64,000 nucleotides of DNA from Candidatus Buchananbacteria bacterium RIFCSPHIGHO2_02_FULL_39_17. GTDB lineage: Bacteria > Patescibacteriota > Patescibacteriia > Buchananbacterales > UBA6539. The stretch lies in assembly GCA_001817425.1 (NCBI GenBank), contig MHII01000012.1, positions 77-64,076 on the forward strand, read 5' to 3'. The position numbers and the translations under genes are program-made. Shown here in pieces: positions 10,010-18,646 of the stretch (positions are counted from its first letter, which is position 1; every line of letters starts with the position of its first letter). Below the pieces are notes generated by a model. That model was not told the origin of the DNA and searched no databases. It was given only the letters and a program-made list of their open reading frames with translations.

Positions 10010-10038
10010 ATTATACTAATTAAGAAAAAATAAGTCAA
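10010..10038 (-). promoter_or_regulatory. Sigma70 promoter of hicBA, probably leaderless
   Basis: TTGACT-17 bp-TATAAT, then 7 nt to the ATG. Confidence 0.75.
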
Positions 10039-10195
10039 ATTTTTGAGTGAATCGGATAACCGTATCGGGTGATGTAAATTTATTTTTTTAATCTTACTTT
10101 TAAAGAACAAAAATAAATTTATTTCACCTAACTATTATTATGCGAACTTGTTAATTTTTTTAAAAATTTTAGATCATTAATAATATTTTTTTATT

Positions 10196-10561
10196 TTACA
10201 CCTTAACAACTTCCTCGTCATCTGGTCGCCAAGCAGGATCAAATATGCATAAAAATTTTAAATCAGCATTTCCCTTATTTTTGAGATATTGTTTGGCGCT
10301 TGGTGGAATATAAATCGCTTGGCCGGGGTGCCCCTCGGCCGATTCATCATTGATATAGATTATCCCTTCTCCCTCTAAAATATAGTAAACCTCCGAAGTT
10401 TTCATTCTGTGAGGCAAGGAAATTTCGCCCGATTTGACAATGGCATGAGCTAAGCTGTAGCGAATTTTCAATTCCTCATTTTTTGGATGCAAAACTTCGC
10501 GCAAGATTGAATTATCGCCAGCAATAATTTCTGGACAATCTTTTAAGTCTTTTATTAGCAT
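10196..10561 (-). CDS. Cupin-domain protein
   Basis: H....SEVYYILEGEG; PGQAIYIPP; L.FLCI..PAW. Confidence 0.8.
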   Translation of the reverse strand: MLIKDLKDCPEIIAGDNSILREVLHPKNEELKIRYSLAHAIVKSGEISLPHRMKTSEVYYILEGEGIIYINDESAEGHPGQAIYIPPSAKQYLKNKGNADLKFLCIFDPAWRPDDEEVVKV

Positions 10562-10614
10562 ATTTTTATTATCTTAACATATTAAATTTATCACTTTTAA
10601 ATCTAAAAGTCCAA

Positions 10615-10643
10615 TTGATTTTTAAAAAGAAATTTGCTAAAAT
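10615..10643 (+). promoter_or_regulatory. Putative sigma70 promoter
   Basis: TTGATT-17 bp-TAAAAT with TG extension. Confidence 0.5.
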
Positions 10644-10711
10644 TACTATATTATTTTTGTTTTTACATGATAAAACCTACAAGCTACTTTCTACAAGCTA
10701 CGAGCTAAAAT

Positions 10712-11860
10712 ATGAGAATTGCCATTATTACCCCCACTTTTCCGTCGTATGCCGGCGGCATTGGCAAGGTCGCGGCGTTTAACGCGCGAGAACTGAAAAA
10801 GCTTGGCCATCAGGTCACGGTTTTTACTCCTGACTATGAACCGGTTAAAGAAGAATTTACTGATTTAGAAATTAAGCGCATTAAGCCGCTTTTTAAATAT
10901 GGTAATGCCGCTTTTATTCCGGCTTTGGGTAAAATGCTCAAAGGTTTTGATATTATTCATCTCCATTATCCATTTTTCGGCGCCGCCGAAATTATTTGGC
11001 TCCATAATTCAAAATTCAAAATTCAAAATTCAAAATTGATTCTACATTACCATATGGATGTAGTCGGGCGCGGATGGTTAAAATTAATTTTCAAATTTCA
11101 CAATCAATTTATCTTGCCTAAAATTGTTAAAGCCGCGGATAAAATCATTTTCACTTCATTGGATTATAGTAAAAATTCAAATTTGGCAAAATGGTTGAAA
11201 AATCAGCCGTCAAAATTTGTGGCAATCCCCAACGGCGTTGACAGCCAAAATTTTTTACCTCAACTAAAAAGTCAAACCTTGCTGGAAAAATACCAGATTA
11301 ATCCTAGCGATAAAATTATCCTTTTTGTCGGCGGTTTAGACCAGGCGCATTATTTCAAAGGCATTGAATATTTACTCCAAGCGGTTTCGCGCCTGCGCCA
11401 AACCGCTTATTTTTGGAAATTAATCATTGTCGGCGAAGGTGATTTAAAAAATTATTATTCTGATTACGCCAATCAGTTAGGGCTTGATAATGAAGTAATA
11501 TTTAGTGGTTATGCTCCGGACGAGGATTTACCCAATTATTATAACTTGGCTGATGTTTGCGTTTTGCCCTCCATTGACAAATCTGAAGCTTTTGGCTTAG
11601 CTTTAATTGAGGCGATGGCGTGCGGAAAACCGGTCGTGGCAACAGATTTGGCCGGCGTGCGAAGCGTGGTTGAAGACGGGGTTAACGGGCTTTTGGCCCA
11701 GCCGAAAAATGCCGCTGATTTGGCGGCAAAAATTAATTATTTATTAATTAATCCCGAAATTGCCCAAGAGTTTGGCCACAACGGCCGGAAAAAAGTGGAA
11801 GAAGAGTATGAGTGGGGGAGGATCGGGAGAAAGCTAGATGAATTATATAAGAGTTTATAA
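10712..11860 (+). CDS. GT4 glycosyltransferase
   Basis: IPNGVD, KG...L, EAFGLALIEAMACGKPVV; in-frame (AATTCAA)x4.5 at 11006-11037. Confidence 0.9.
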   Translation: MRIAIITPTFPSYAGGIGKVAAFNARELKKLGHQVTVFTPDYEPVKEEFTDLEIKRIKPLFKYGNAAFIPALGKMLKGFDIIHLHYPFFGAAEIIWLHNSKFKIQNSKLILHYHMDVVGRGWLKLIFKFHNQFILPKIVKAADKIIFTSLDYSKNSNLAKWLKNQPSKFVAIPNGVDSQNFLPQLKSQTLLEKYQINPSDKIILFVGGLDQAHYFKGIEYLLQAVSRLRQTAYFWKLIIVGEGDLKNYYSDYANQLGLDNEVIFSGYAPDEDLPNYYNLADVCVLPSIDKSEAFGLALIEAMACGKPVVATDLAGVRSVVEDGVNGLLAQPKNAADLAAKINYLLINPEIAQEFGHNGRKKVEEEYEWGRIGRKLDELYKSL

Positions 11861-11865
11861 AAATT

Positions 11866-11960
11866 TCCCTCTTAAGATAAGAGGGGAGAGGGGAGTTATG
11901 AGTGTAAGTTTTAAAAAATTAATAACCCCATCCACCTCCCCCTTAATTTAAGGGGGGAGA
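11866..11960. mobile_element. Empty (non-autonomous) copy of the DUF559-flanking palindromic element
   Basis: Same two arms as 61224-61260 and 61617-61658, separated by about 20 bp instead of a gene. Confidence 0.75.
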
Positions 11961-11970
11961 GATGATAGAT

Positions 11971-13146
11971 ATGAAATTTTGTCTAATCCACTCACTATAT
12001 TATCCTTATGCCAAAGGCGGCGCTGAAGTGGTGGTTGAAATTATTTTAAATGAACTTTTGGCGCAAGGCCATCAAGTGATTTTAATTACTTTAGGTCGAA
12101 GAAAAGAAATTCAGCGTCAGGGCAATTTGATGATTTATCGGATTAATCCGTTTAATATTTTTTCTTTTTTAGATATTGACCGTCGGCCGATTTGGCTTCG
12201 GTTTATCTGGCATCCAATGGATGTTTTTAATATTTCCAGTTATTTTGCGGTTAAAAAAATTCTAAAACAGGAAACGCCAAAAGCGGTTTTAACCCATAAT
12301 CTCAAAGGCTTGGGTTACTTAATTCCTAAAGCGATTAGAAGAGTTGGGCTGAAGCAGATTCATACCATTCATGACGTTCAATTGTCTCGGCCGTCCGGCT
12401 TGATTTATTTTGGCCAGGAAAAGCCGTTTTTAATTTTAGATAAAATGTATGAAAAAATCGTTAAGCGGTTATTCGGCAATTCAGATGTGGTCATTTCGCC
12501 TTCGCGCTGGCTGATGGGCTATTATCAGGCGCGCGGGTTTTTTTATGAATCAAAAAAAATAATCTTGCCTAATCCGGTGATTTTTAAAAAAGTGGAAAAA
12601 AGGGATGAGACGATGGAGCAAGGCCAGGGTGGAAAAATTACTTTGCTTTATGTCGGCCAATGGGAGAGGCATAAAGGCATTTTATTTTTAGTTAACGCTT
12701 TAAAAAAGATTAAATTAGAAAATTGGCAGATTTTAATCGTTGGCAACGGCGGTGCCAAACTGAATTTAGAAAAACTGGTTGGCGGCGATTTACGTTTTAA
12801 GCTGGTTGGTTGGGTGGAGCCGGAGAAATTATCTGATTATTTTCGCCAATCCGATCTCACCCTTGTCCCGTCGCTTTGTTATGAAAATTCGCCGCAGGTG
12901 ATTAATGAAAGCTTAGTCGCCAATGTGCCAGTCGTGGCCGCGGATATCGGCGGCGTTTCGGAAATTGTCAAAGACAATTACAATGGATTTACTTTTGCGC
13001 CGGGAAACGAAAAAAACCTCATTGAGGTTTTGGAATATTTTTTGAGCCATCCCCAGTTTATCTCTGACTTAAAGCGAAATTGTTTTGTTTCGGTGCGGGA
13101 TTATTCAGTCGGTCATTATATTAAAAAATTGTTAAATTTGATTTAA
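11971..13146 (+). CDS. GT4 glycosyltransferase
   Basis: GGAE, HN, HTIHD, HKG, PSLCYENSP.VI.ES. Confidence 0.85.
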   Translation: MKFCLIHSLYYPYAKGGAEVVVEIILNELLAQGHQVILITLGRRKEIQRQGNLMIYRINPFNIFSFLDIDRRPIWLRFIWHPMDVFNISSYFAVKKILKQETPKAVLTHNLKGLGYLIPKAIRRVGLKQIHTIHDVQLSRPSGLIYFGQEKPFLILDKMYEKIVKRLFGNSDVVISPSRWLMGYYQARGFFYESKKIILPNPVIFKKVEKRDETMEQGQGGKITLLYVGQWERHKGILFLVNALKKIKLENWQILIVGNGGAKLNLEKLVGGDLRFKLVGWVEPEKLSDYFRQSDLTLVPSLCYENSPQVINESLVANVPVVAADIGGVSEIVKDNYNGFTFAPGNEKNLIEVLEYFLSHPQFISDLKRNCFVSVRDYSVGHYIKKLLNLI

Positions 13147-15242
13147 TTTTTTGAGTATTTGAAGATAAAAATTTTTCCCTCATCAATGTTAAAAATTTTA
13201 TCGGCAGTTTTGACGGCTTGTTGGCGGATTTTTTCCGAATTATTCCAGTATTGATTTAAAACAAAGTAAGCTTCGTTAACTTGGGCTTCGGCCATGGCTT
13301 TTGCCATGGTTTCTTTTTTTGCTCCTTGATAAATCATCTCTAAATATAAATCATAAAGTGTTTGTTTGGGGCCCATGGGCATGGAATAATAAAATTGATT
13401 GTCATAGTATTTTTTAAAGCCAAATTCTTTAATCGCTGCGGCGCCGATCATTTGATTGGCTAAAACAATATGCTCCGGCGCACTGATTTGTTCAATTAAA
13501 TTAACCGCTTTTAAATCAGAAGTGGAAACGTTGAAAAATTTTGCCGGTTCATACTGATTTAGCCGTGGATAGGAAAGATAAAAAGAAATCGTAAAAGTGC
13601 CGGTTAAAAATAAGATTAAAAAAGTTTTAGCGACTAAATTTTTAGTCCAGAATTTTTTGATTAGATAATAGCCACCGACAAAAAATATCGGCAGTAAGAT
13701 ATAAAAAACAATGGTCAAGAGCCGGCTGATAAAAGCATTCTTGTCATTGTCGCGTAAAGCCGAAAAGACCAAAAAATATTTTACGATTAAATAATTAATA
13801 AAAATAATGGCGGTGGCGGTTAGATAAGCGGCGTTATTTCTCAATAATTTATGTTTCGCCAAATAATATAACCCAACGCCGATAATTAAGCCGGCCATTA
13901 GAATTTTGTTTGTCAAAAAAAGATAAGCGAGGTCAAGCGGTAAATCAAAATGGTTAACCCAGCCAAAGATTTTAAAATCAGAGAGCTTGACCCCGATCGA
14001 ACTTAATTTTAAGGCCTCACCGTTAACAACTAAAGCCAGGGGAATAAATAAAGTAAAAACTAAGGCCGCCAAAACGTAAAGGCTTAAATGCCGGTGGTAG
14101 CTCTTATAAAGAATTTTAAAAAGCTGAAGTAAAAAAATAGTGATTAAAAGCGGAATGCCGGCTAGGGGGTGAATGGCAATCGTGGCAATGGTTAGAAGGT
14201 GCAAAACAATAGGCGAGAGTTGGTTGCGGAAATAAAGCAAGGACAAAAAAATTGTTAAAATAAAAAATAAATTAGCCAGATTTTGCGGGGCGGTCATAAT
14301 AAAACCAGCATAGGGGATGGCCAAGGGCAAAGCGGTTAAAACCAAGACGTAATTTTTTTTCAGCCAATGGGAAAAAACATAAAAAATCGTCAATGGCAAA
14401 AACAGTGAATATAAAACCGGCACTAGCCAGCGGTCTAAAAATTCAAAATTAATCAAAGTTAATTTATTTAAAAATATAATCAGCGCATATTGGCCAAGAT
14501 AGTAAAGCGGTTTTGGGCTAATCGTGCCGGTTTGGGCAATAATTTTTTCTGTGGCTTGGTGAATAAATGGATCAAAACCATAGCCAATTCGGTAGATAAT
14601 CGCGGCGACACTCGTGCTGAAAAAAGTGTGAATAATAATTAAAATTAAAGGCAGTTTAGTCCGATGAGACCGGAAAAGAAAAACAAGCAAGATTAAACTG
14701 GCAAAGAAATAGAGGGAAAAAATTTTAGGGGGAACAACTTGCCACGGCGACTGGATTGATTCTGTAGTTTGGCTCAAAAACAATAGCCAAAAGCCGAAAC
14801 TGATTAAAACGAGATATGAAATTACCAAAGCGGAATTACTTTTTGGCTCGCGCCGGCCATCAAATTGATCAAGATATTTTTTTATGATTTTTTTTAAGGA
14901 AAATTTTTCTCTGATTTCAATTTGATAATAGGGGATAAATAAAACAGCGGGGAGTAAAACCAGAACAAGATAAAAAACATAGTTATTAAATTGGTAAAAA
15001 TAAATTAGTAAGCCACCCAAAAAAGCAATAATGGTTGTAAGTAAAATTGAACCAAAAATAGTAGACCAGCCGCCTTTGTTAAAAAAAATCGAGCCAGTGA
15101 TTTGGCTGACGAAAAGCAAGTAGAATGTTCCTGTGATAATTCCCAAAATTAAAATTTGCCAGTTTTGTTGATTGAAAATCAAAACTAGACAAAGCAGAGA
15201 ACTTAAAGTCAGATATTTGATTTTACTGATTTTAGCCTCCAT
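13143..15242 (-). CDS. Large polytopic membrane protein (possible GT-C fold)
   Basis: 699 aa, more than 12 TM segments, GFDPFIH loop motif. Confidence 0.6.
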   Translation of the reverse strand: MEAKISKIKYLTLSSLLCLVLIFNQQNWQILILGIITGTFYLLFVSQITGSIFFNKGGWSTIFGSILLTTIIAFLGGLLIYFYQFNNYVFYLVLVLLPAVLFIPYYQIEIREKFSLKKIIKKYLDQFDGRREPKSNSALVISYLVLISFGFWLLFLSQTTESIQSPWQVVPPKIFSLYFFASLILLVFLFRSHRTKLPLILIIIHTFFSTSVAAIIYRIGYGFDPFIHQATEKIIAQTGTISPKPLYYLGQYALIIFLNKLTLINFEFLDRWLVPVLYSLFLPLTIFYVFSHWLKKNYVLVLTALPLAIPYAGFIMTAPQNLANLFFILTIFLSLLYFRNQLSPIVLHLLTIATIAIHPLAGIPLLITIFLLQLFKILYKSYHRHLSLYVLAALVFTLFIPLALVVNGEALKLSSIGVKLSDFKIFGWVNHFDLPLDLAYLFLTNKILMAGLIIGVGLYYLAKHKLLRNNAAYLTATAIIFINYLIVKYFLVFSALRDNDKNAFISRLLTIVFYILLPIFFVGGYYLIKKFWTKNLVAKTFLILFLTGTFTISFYLSYPRLNQYEPAKFFNVSTSDLKAVNLIEQISAPEHIVLANQMIGAAAIKEFGFKKYYDNQFYYSMPMGPKQTLYDLYLEMIYQGAKKETMAKAMAEAQVNEAYFVLNQYWNNSEKIRQQAVKTADKIFNIDEGKIFIFKYSKN

Positions 15243-15287
15243 TTTTTCATTTTATCAAAAATATTGAAATTTTGCTATAATATAAAT

Positions 15288-15324
15288 AGAATTAAGAATC
15301 AAGAATCAAGAATCAAGAATTAAG
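15288..15324. repeat. Heptamer array (AGAATYA)x5 just downstream of an extended -10 (TGCTATAAT, 15273-15281)
   Basis: Read directly from the sequence. Confidence 0.8.
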
Positions 15325-15360
15325 GTCATTTTACTTTGATTTTTCATCTTTAATTTTAGC

Positions 15361-16932
15361 ATGTTCAAACCAATAACCATCTTAATTATTTTAGCCATTA
15401 TTTTTGGCGGTATTTATTTTTGGCTGGTAACACCAGTAGTGACTGACGCTAATTTATCGCTACGGTTTGATTGGCCGGATGAGGCCGCCAATTATTTTTG
15501 GATTAAAAATTATGCCCAAACCGGTCAGTTTGCCGTTTTTGAGCCATTGAATTTAGTCGCCAAAAACCAGATTCATCCGCGCAGTTTTAACGTCCGTGAC
15601 GACGGTTCATTAGTGCCCGGCAGTTTTTTGGGCTTGATTTTATTTTATGGTTTATTGGGAAAAGTTTTTGGCAGTTTATTAATAATTTATTTCACGCCAA
15701 TCTTTGCCGTTTTTGGCGCTTTAGCTTTTTATTCAATTATTAAAAAATTTTTTGATCAAAAAATTGCCTTGATTTCGGCCATTTTGCTTTTATTCCATCC
15801 GGCCTGGTGGTATTATTCAGTCACTTCACTTTTGCCTAACGTGGTATTTATTTCCCTAGTTTTAATCAGCCTTTATTTTTTATTAAAGATAGAAAAAACG
15901 AAATTTTTAAATTTAATTTTATCTGCTTTTTTCGCCGGCCTCGCCGTTTTAATCCGGCCCGCGGAGTTAGTTTGGCTCTTAGCCATTTATTTAGTCTTTA
16001 TCATTTACCAGCGAAAGAAATTAAACTTGATTAGGTTAACAATTTTTCTGGCTTTGATTTTTCTTTTGATTTTGCCCGTTTTATACCATCAGCAGATTTT
16101 ATTTGGTGATTTTTTAGTTTCCGGCTATGATCAGTTGCAAACAGATGAAATTAATTTTTGCCAGACTTGTAAAGTAGTCCAGTCAATTCTTTTGCCTTTT
16201 GGCTTTCATCCGGCTCAAGCAGTTTATAACTTTTGGACTCATTTTGTCAGCCGGTTTTGGTGGTGGTCGCTTTTAGCGATTTTAGGTTTAGTCGCTTACT
16301 TAGTGAACCAAAACCGGCAGAAAACGGAGATTTTTGTTTATCTCCTTTTAAGCTTGTTTGTTTTTGGCTGGCTGATTATTTATTACGGCAGTTGGCAGTT
16401 TTCTGATTTATTGACTGTTCATTTAAATACCTTGGGTCTATCTTATGTCCGCTATTTTTTGCCGCTTTATATTTTAGCTTTGCCATTTGTCGCTTTGGGT
16501 CTGCTTTGGCTGATTAGTATTTTTAAACATCAGTTTCAAACACTCGCCTTAATTATTTTAACCAGCATTTTATTTTATCATTCGGCTAACCTCGTGCTTT
16601 ATCAGAAAGCTGACAGTATTATGCCAGTGAGAAATCGGATTTTAAGTTATCAGCAGATTGCGAGTGAAGTTAATAATTTGACGCCGGCTGAATCAGTGAT
16701 TGTCACCATCAGAAAAGATAAAGTTTTTTTTCCCGAGCGCCGAGTGATTCACAGTTTTGACGCTTTAGCCGACAATCAGGAATTACAGGAAATCATTTTG
16801 CCGTTAATTAATCAGACAGCGGTCTATTATTATGCCTTAGAGCCAGAGTCATCATTAGAAGTCGGCAATTTAAAATTAGCAGAAATTAAAAAATTTGGTC
16901 AGGAAATTTTATATCAAGTACAATTAAAATAA
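15361..16932 (+). CDS. GT-C superfamily (PMT/ArnT-like) glycosyltransferase
   Basis: WPDE after TM1, multiple TMs, IRP and RYFLP motifs. Confidence 0.7.
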   Translation: MFKPITILIILAIIFGGIYFWLVTPVVTDANLSLRFDWPDEAANYFWIKNYAQTGQFAVFEPLNLVAKNQIHPRSFNVRDDGSLVPGSFLGLILFYGLLGKVFGSLLIIYFTPIFAVFGALAFYSIIKKFFDQKIALISAILLLFHPAWWYYSVTSLLPNVVFISLVLISLYFLLKIEKTKFLNLILSAFFAGLAVLIRPAELVWLLAIYLVFIIYQRKKLNLIRLTIFLALIFLLILPVLYHQQILFGDFLVSGYDQLQTDEINFCQTCKVVQSILLPFGFHPAQAVYNFWTHFVSRFWWWSLLAILGLVAYLVNQNRQKTEIFVYLLLSLFVFGWLIIYYGSWQFSDLLTVHLNTLGLSYVRYFLPLYILALPFVALGLLWLISIFKHQFQTLALIILTSILFYHSANLVLYQKADSIMPVRNRILSYQQIASEVNNLTPAESVIVTIRKDKVFFPERRVIHSFDALADNQELQEIILPLINQTAVYYYALEPESSLEVGNLKLAEIKKFGQEILYQVQLK

Positions 16933-16965
16933 TTTTTTAATTTCGAATATAGAAATTCAAAGTTG

Positions 16966-17481
16966 ATGAAAAAAAATTTGATAGAACTAATTAATATGGT
17001 CTTAATTTTTTCGGCCATTGGCTTGATCTTGTGGTTAGTGAACCAAAATTTTCCGGCCTCTGGGGAACTTCAAATTAAATCAGCTTTAGCAAAAGATTTG
17101 CCGATGATTTCAAAATTAGGCCCAGAAGGCCGGATTAAGATTAAAGATAATTTGACGCTTGTTTTAGACGGTCCGGTTTATTTTGACTTGCGGTTTTTGC
17201 CATGGTTTAAAAAAGCTAGAATTTTTATTCAATATCAACCCAAGGGCAGAAATTTGGAAGGCTTAGGCCGGCAAATTGGTCCGGGTTTTAACTATGAAGT
17301 GCAAAAAGCTTTATTGATTTCTGATTTTGAGGATGGCTTTAGCCAAGCCGTATTTGATTTTGATTTGACCCGGGTCTATCAGCGAAAAAATATTACCCGT
17401 TTTTTAATTGAAACTAAACCAAGCAGTCAGTTGGCCGGAGAGCTAAGAATTAAGGAATTAAAAATAATTTTAAGCCGATGA
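16966..17481 (+). CDS. Hypothetical membrane-anchored protein
   Basis: ORF with one N-terminal TM, operonic position. Confidence 0.55.
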   Translation: MKKNLIELINMVLIFSAIGLILWLVNQNFPASGELQIKSALAKDLPMISKLGPEGRIKIKDNLTLVLDGPVYFDLRFLPWFKKARIFIQYQPKGRNLEGLGRQIGPGFNYEVQKALLISDFEDGFSQAVFDFDLTRVYQRKNITRFLIETKPSSQLAGELRIKELKIILSR

Positions 17482-17681
17482 GGCTATTCAAAATTTTTCA
17501 ATCAAAGACAAAAATCTTTCCGGCAGTTGCAAAAATAATTTTTTATTATAGTTTTTTTATTTTTCTTATTCTTTTTTTATTAGATTATCTGGCGCCCGGA
17601 TTTGTCACGAATTATTTTAATCCAGTTTATCTATTGATTTTAGCTGTGATTTCAGGTATAATAATAATCCAAACAGATTAA
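17478..17681 (+). CDS. Small two-TM hypothetical protein
   Basis: ATGA overlap with the upstream gene; hydrophobic. Confidence 0.5.
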   Translation: MRLFKIFQSKTKIFPAVAKIIFYYSFFIFLILFLLDYLAPGFVTNYFNPVYLLILAVISGIIIIQTD

Positions 17682-17726
17682 TTTGCTTATTAGCTTATCT
17701 CGCTTACTTCTTAATCTTGCTTAATA
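17680..17726. repeat. Degenerate 9-mer array (AAGCRAGAT family, reverse strand)
   Basis: Reverse complement resembles 31801-31855 and the coding copy at 34884-34942. Confidence 0.6.
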
Positions 17727-17727
17727 T

Positions 17728-18180
17728 ATGATTAATGGAGTAGAAGTCAGAAAACTAAAAATTTACCATGATACGCGCGGCTGGTTAACTGAAATTTATC
17801 GGCAAGATGAAACTAACTATCGGCCGGTGATGGCCTATTTGTCGGAAACTAAGCCGGGCGTGGTCCGCGGGCCGCATGAACACAAAAATCAATCAGATTT
17901 TTTTGTTTTTTTGGCGGGCAAATTTAAATTATATTTGTGGGAAAACAGGAAAAACCAGAAAAATTACCGAAAATTTCAGACATTTATTGTCGGCGGGAAA
18001 AATCCGTGTTCGGTTTTAATCCCTCCGGGTGTAGTCCATGCCTATCAATGTGTCTCCCAACCCCCGGGTTTAATTGTTAATTTTCCTAACCGATTATTTA
18101 TGGGCAAGGGCAGAAAACAGAAAGTTGACGAAATCAGGTGGGAAGTTGATTTAAAATCGCCGTTTATCGTCAAAAATTAA
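17728..18180 (+). CDS. rmlC: dTDP-4-dehydrorhamnose 3,5-epimerase-like (RmlC cupin)
   Basis: D.RG.L.E, PGVVRGPH.H..Q.D, IPPGVVHAY. Confidence 0.75.
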   Translation: MINGVEVRKLKIYHDTRGWLTEIYRQDETNYRPVMAYLSETKPGVVRGPHEHKNQSDFFVFLAGKFKLYLWENRKNQKNYRKFQTFIVGGKNPCSVLIPPGVVHAYQCVSQPPGLIVNFPNRLFMGKGRKQKVDEIRWEVDLKSPFIVKN

Positions 18181-18645
18181 TGATAAAAATTTACCATAAA
18201 TTAGTTTGTGATAAGATTCCAGAGATTTGTAAAAAAGATGATGAAAAGCCGGTTTATTATGTTTTAAGCCAGAAAAGATTCAGAGAGGAATTAAAAAAGA
18301 AATTAATTGAAGAAACTGAAGAATTGACCCGAGCCAAGAAATCAGAATTAAAAAATGAAATTATTGATGTGTACGAAATTTTATTGAATTTAGCCAGAGT
18401 TAATCGCCTGAAATGGTCTACGATTGAAAAGCACCGTTTAGAAAAAAATAAACCCGACCTCAAAGCAAGCTTTGAGGTATCTGGGCGGGGTTTTTAGGAG
18501 CAGAGTCCCGCCACGGCGGGACGTATTGTTTTACAAACTCTCCTCATCCTCGGTCGCTTTAGACGACCGAGATATTCGGAGAACACCTAATAAAAAACGA
18601 GGCGGATTTAGGAAACGTTATTTTTTGGAAAAAAGCCAAAAATAG
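18180..18645 (+). pseudogene. MazG-like/house-cleaning NTP pyrophosphohydrolase interrupted by a 142-bp insertion
   Basis: KLV.DKIPEI, KL.EE..E, E..DVYE; removing 18453-18594 restores ...EKNKKRGGFRKRYFLEKSQK*. Confidence 0.8.
18453..18594. mobile_element. Structured non-coding insertion with AATAAA duplication
   Basis: AATAAA at 18447-18452 and 18589-18594; three internal hairpins. Confidence 0.75.
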
Positions 18646-18646
18646 T

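Larger units (their letters stand above)
9560..10044. mobile_element. hicBA cassette bounded by 20-bp perfect inverted repeats
   Basis: AAAAATTTGACTTATTTTTT (9560-9579) and its exact reverse complement (10025-10044). Confidence 0.55.

Noticed and set aside
10003-10110. Long TTG-started N-terminal extensions (hicB; likewise 7715, 26761, 30503, 34694 and 44408)
   Set aside because: They run through promoters, repeats or neighbouring genes; downstream ATGs fit the families better.
18453-18594. Group I or II intron
   Set aside because: Too short, no recognisable core, and flanked by a duplication typical of DNA insertion.
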